Positions 1 through 1,521 of a stretch of 1,521 nucleotides of DNA are shown piece after piece. A program made the translations under genes and the position numbers. The stretch is from Naegleria gruberi (taxonomy: Eukaryota). The stretch is from the NCBI GenBank assembly GCA_000004985.1, contig GG739395.1; one strand, written 5' to 3'. How positions within the stretch are numbered: the stretch's first letter is position 1; each line of letters starts with the position of its first letter. The notes below the pieces were generated by a model, which had not been told where the DNA came from, made no database searches, and saw only the letters and a list, made by a program, of their open reading frames with translations.

Positions 1-88
1 TTCTTATTCCAATAATGATATCCAACTGCCACTCCAGCGCCAACCACCAATGTAACTGGCAAAACAGTCGTTCCAAGAGCCACAGCTC
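1..88 (-). CDS. Exon 2 of gene 1 (Ifi-6-16 / ISG12-like), partial. It continues past the window start, so the 3' end and stop codon are not in the window.
   Basis: After the AATAG acceptor, the minus strand reads G|GA GCT GTG GCT CTT GGA ACG ACT GTT TTG CCA GTT ACA TTG GTG GTT GGC GCT GGA GTG GCA GTT GGA TAT CAT TAT TGG AAT AAG AA = G A V A L G T T V L P V T L V V G A G V A V G Y H Y W N K K. This is a hydrophobic Gly/Ala/Val-rich transmembrane-like segment followed by the same 'GYHYWNKK' found in gene 2. Nucleotides 1..45 align with 1314..1359 in gene 2. Confidence 0.6.
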
Positions 89-178
89 CTATTCATCCAA
101 ATCGAAATTCGTCAACCCAATTATATAATTCAAACAAATTCAATCAATCAATCAAACAAACAAATAATTTAAATTTAC
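89..178 (-). other. Spliceosomal intron of gene 1, 90 nt, phase 1. GTAAAT donor at 178..173; AATAG acceptor, with the AG at 90..89.
   Basis: Minus-strand sequence is ...GGTGCTACAG|gtaaatttaaattatttgtttgtttgattgattgattgaatttgtttgaattatataattgggttgacgaatttcgatttggatgaatag|GAGCTGTGGCT... Splicing here restores the frame into 'G AVALGTTVLPVTLVVGAGVAVGYHYWNKK'. The GYHYWNKK block is shared with the paralog at 1221..1521. The intron is much more AT-rich than the flanking exons and contains a (CAAT)3(CAAA)3 microsatellite. Confidence 0.6.
131..164. repeat. Short microsatellite / low-complexity tract (caaa)2 tt (caat)3 (caaa)3 inside the gene 1 intron.
   Basis: Positions 131..164 read caaacaaattcaatcaatcaatcaaacaaacaaa. 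The tetranucleotide units can be counted directly. Confidence 0.85.
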
Positions 179-467
179 CTGTAGCACCAACTGACTGCAA
201 TCCAGCCACAAAACTACCAGCAGCCACATTTCCTGCAGCACTCATCATGCCAGCTGCTGTCGTTCCAGCCACCACTCCACCCGATCCAAAACCCAATGAT
301 GAAGCAACGAGTGGCACACCTACATAGGTGGTGGCTCCTGCAACTGTTGCTCCGATGGTTCCTGCACCGACTGTTCCCAACAGGTTGTTTGATTCTTGTT
401 GTTGTGTTGGAGGAGTTTCGGTTTGTGTCTTGTTGTCGGTTGAGTTTTGAACCATTGTTTCATTCAT
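179..467 (-). CDS. Exon 1 of gene 1, an Ifi-6-16 / ISG12 (IFI6/IFI27-like) family small glycine-rich membrane protein. It runs from the ATG at 467..465 to a GT donor, with the exon ending after the first base of a Gly codon.
   Basis: The minus-strand ORF encodes MNETMVQNSTDNKTQTETPPTQQQESNNLLGTVGAGTIGATVAGATTYVGVPLVASSLGFGSGGVVAGTTAAGMMSAAGNVAAGSFVAGLQSVGATG. The 'GMMSAA..G.V.AGS.VA.LQS.GATG' block and the preceding 'VP.V.S..GF...G......AA' block match my recollection of the human IFI27/IFI6 core. The first in-frame ATG lies after an upstream in-frame TGA (533..531). The ORF track's C-terminal residues 'KFKLFVCLID*' are read-through into an AT-rich intron that starts with GTAAAT, immediately after ...GGTGCTACAG. 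Confidence 0.75.
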
Positions 468-1139
468 TTTTATTTGGTTTGTGGTTTTCCAGAATTTGCG
501 AATGTTGCGGAAAGTAATGAAAGATTTGGATCATATTACTCTGAGGTTAACGAAATACACTTGTCCTCTAGTGCTTTAGCATAAATTCTCTTTTGGATGT
601 TTAGTGGAAATAGATAGTGGATCAACAATGATATTGGAATTTTCAATGTATGAATGATTCATTTCCATAAATTCATCTGCTGCTACAATTGGTGTGGATC
701 TACCAGACTGAGCTGTACTCTCTAAGTTGATTAATATGGTATGAAGTTAATTGGAAATAATTTCTTGAATTTGTAACGTTAAATAATGGCAGAGATTTCA
801 AGATTGATCTTCTCCTTTGTTGTGTCTTGGTTATGTTAATACAAGAAAGCAAACAAGTTGTTGACTTGTTCCATTGTTGTAAAGAACAGCACCGAGGTTG
901 TTGGAATACTTTCATCTTCATTAAAAACAATACAACTGTTTCAAACATCTGAGAAGTGTAGAATAATGTTCAACATAAACCAAGTTGTGTAATCTGTTGA
1001 AAAGGGAAGATTGCCCAATTTAAATACTTGAATAGAAGAATGATTATCATCCCATCTATAGGATTGTACTTGTTTGAACAACAATTTCTTCCAAGTTTTC
1101 CTTTTTAAGTATATTTTTTAACTTAGATATTAGTTTTTT

Positions 1140-1220
1140 TGAAAATTGCTGAATCCGATTCCAATAATATAAAAGAATATATATTAATGTACAGAGATTA
1201 TTTCAAAGAGATTAGACCAA
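1140..1220 (-). terminator. Putative 3' UTR / polyadenylation region of gene 2. This is a eukaryotic, AT-rich region, not a rho-independent terminator.
   Basis: Immediately downstream of the TAA stop, the minus strand is AT-rich: ...taatctctgtacattaatatatattcttttatattattgg...aaaaaaactaat. It contains a TATATA-type element and A-rich runs, but no canonical AATAAA that I can see. Confidence 0.3.
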
Positions 1221-1521
1221 TTACCATACTTTCCACCATGATTTACTCGAATTTCCACTATTACTATTATCATTCTTCTTATTTTCATCAATTGTTGATG
1301 TTGTGTTGTCACCTTTCTTATTCCAATAGTGATATCCAGCCACTATACCAACAGCCACACTTCCACTATTATCATTCTCTTCATTTGTCTTATCAATTGT
1401 TGATGTTGTGCTGTCACCTTTCTTATGAAAACCTGTAGCACCAACTGACTGCAATCCAGCCACCAAACTACCAGCAGGAACCACATTTCCTTCAGCAGCA
1501 CTCATCATGCCAACTGCTGTC
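1221..1521 (-). CDS. Gene 2, the second Ifi-6-16 / ISG12-like paralog, 5'-partial (N-terminus lies beyond the window end). This is the read-through model ending at TAA (1223..1221). It is a diverged copy with a shortened hydrophobic segment and an in-frame internal duplication of its tail-coding sequence. A pseudogene or an alternatively spliced form cannot be excluded.
   Basis: The minus-strand frame is open from the window edge: ...T A V G M M S A A E G N V V P A G S L V A G L Q S V G A T G F H K K G D S T T S T I D K T N E E N D N S G S V A V G I V A G Y H Y W N K K G D N T T S T I D E N K K N D N S N S G N S S K S W W K V W *. Positions 1430..1521 align with gene 1 positions 176..269, with in-frame codon indels. 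The 'MMSAA.GNV..AGS.VAGLQSVGATG' core is conserved. An AT-rich region with a TATATA element follows the stop codon. Confidence 0.6.
   Translation of the reverse strand, partial: TAVGMMSAAEGNVVPAGSLVAGLQSVGATGFHKKGDSTTSTIDKTNEENDNSGSVAVGIVAGYHYWNKKGDNTTSTIDENKKNDNSNSGNSSKSWWKVW
1263..1321. repeat. Direct repeat copy A (59 nt). On the minus strand it encodes the C-terminal tail '(N)KKGDNTTSTIDENKKNDNS' of gene 2.
   Basis: Plus-strand sequence is actattatcattcttcttattttcatcaattgttgatgttgtgttgtcacctttcttat. It matches copy B at 1365..1426 apart from one 3-nt indel and a few substitutions. The repeat period is 102 nt. Confidence 0.8.
1365..1426. repeat. Direct repeat copy B (62 nt). It occupies almost exactly the segment of gene 2 that is equivalent to gene 1's intron, and encodes '(H)KKGDSTTSTIDKTNEENDNS' when read through on the minus strand.
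   Basis: Plus-strand sequence is actattatcattctcttcatttgtcttatcaattgttgatgttgtgctgtcacctttcttat. It is flanked on the minus strand by a donor-like ACAG|gttttc (1432..1427). At its other end lies the aatag acceptor-equivalent (AG at 1367..1366), aligned with gene 1's acceptor. Confidence 0.8.

Noticed and set aside
296-517. Plus-strand 73-aa ORF (MMKQRVAHLHRWWLLQLLLRWFLHRLFPTG...).
   Set aside because: It lies entirely antisense to gene 1 exon 1. Its W/L/R/C-rich, low-complexity composition is the usual shadow of a Gly/Ala-rich coding strand. There is no independent start context and no homology.
700-948. Minus-strand 82-aa ORF (MFETVVLFLMKMKVFQQPRCCSLQQWNKSTTCLL...).
   Set aside because: It lies in AT-rich intergenic sequence. 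It has no recognisable domain, an odd composition, and no splice or promoter context. It is most likely a chance ORF.
468-1220. Search for a mobile element, terminal inverted repeats or RNA genes in the intergenic region.
   Set aside because: I found no inverted terminal repeats, target-site duplications, tRNA-like cloverleaf potential or conserved rRNA motifs by eye. It reads as ordinary AT-rich promoter/UTR spacer.
1263-1426. Two ~60-nt direct repeats with regular spacing, superficially like a CRISPR mini-array.
   Set aside because: There are only two copies, diverged by a 3-nt indel. Both are in-frame coding sequence of a eukaryotic gene, and the neighbouring paralog has a spliceosomal intron. 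There is no leader, no cas context, and the 'spacer' is coding sequence.
1139-1438. Plus-strand 99-aa ORF with an internal repeat (...YYYHSSYFHQLLMLCCHLSY... x2).
   Set aside because: It is antisense to gene 2. Its internal repeat is simply the 102-nt-period DNA direct repeat read on the wrong strand. The Y/H/S/L/C-rich composition is implausible for a protein.

Overview
This window reads as eukaryotic nuclear DNA, not a prokaryotic accessory region. I see no CRISPR array, operon, mobile element, rRNA or tRNA. I could run no searches, so the family assignment below rests on my recall of human IFI27/IFI6.

The main content is two tandem, same-strand (minus) paralogs of the Ifi-6-16 family of small glycine-rich membrane proteins (also called ISG12, or IFI6/IFI27-like). 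The predicted protein carries the family's core block, '...VPLVASSLGFGSGGVVAGTTAAGMMSAAGNVAAGSFVAGLQSVGATG...'. Human IFI27 has '...[52 protein letters not shown]' at the same place.

Gene 1 (minus strand):
- Start codon at 467; exon 1 spans 179..467.
- A phase-1 spliceosomal intron follows, 90 nt long, from GTAAAT at 178 to the AATAG acceptor at 89.
- Exon 2 spans 88..1 and runs off the window start ('G AVALGTTVLPVTLVVGAGVAVGYHYWNKK...').

Gene 2 (minus strand, 1221..1521):
- It is truncated at its 5' end by the window; the N-terminus lies beyond 1521.
- It is a diverged copy of gene 1. The position equivalent to gene 1's intron (1366..1432, 67 nt) is an open, in-frame stretch.
- That stretch is a near-duplicate of gene 2's own C-terminal tail-coding segment: a direct repeat of 59 and 62 nt, with a 102-nt period.
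- A compensating 2-nt indel means only the unspliced reading keeps the frame into the conserved 'VAVG..GYHYWNKKGD' block.

Between the genes (468..1220) is AT-rich intergenic sequence. It contains only weak, unsupported ORFs.

I cannot assign an organism. It is moderately AT-rich, has a short AT-rich intron, and encodes N/T/S/Q-rich low-complexity tails.

The bulk of the output concerns gene 2's exonized intron-equivalent, which is the most interesting observation and is reported honestly as a modest finding, not as a novel biological system.
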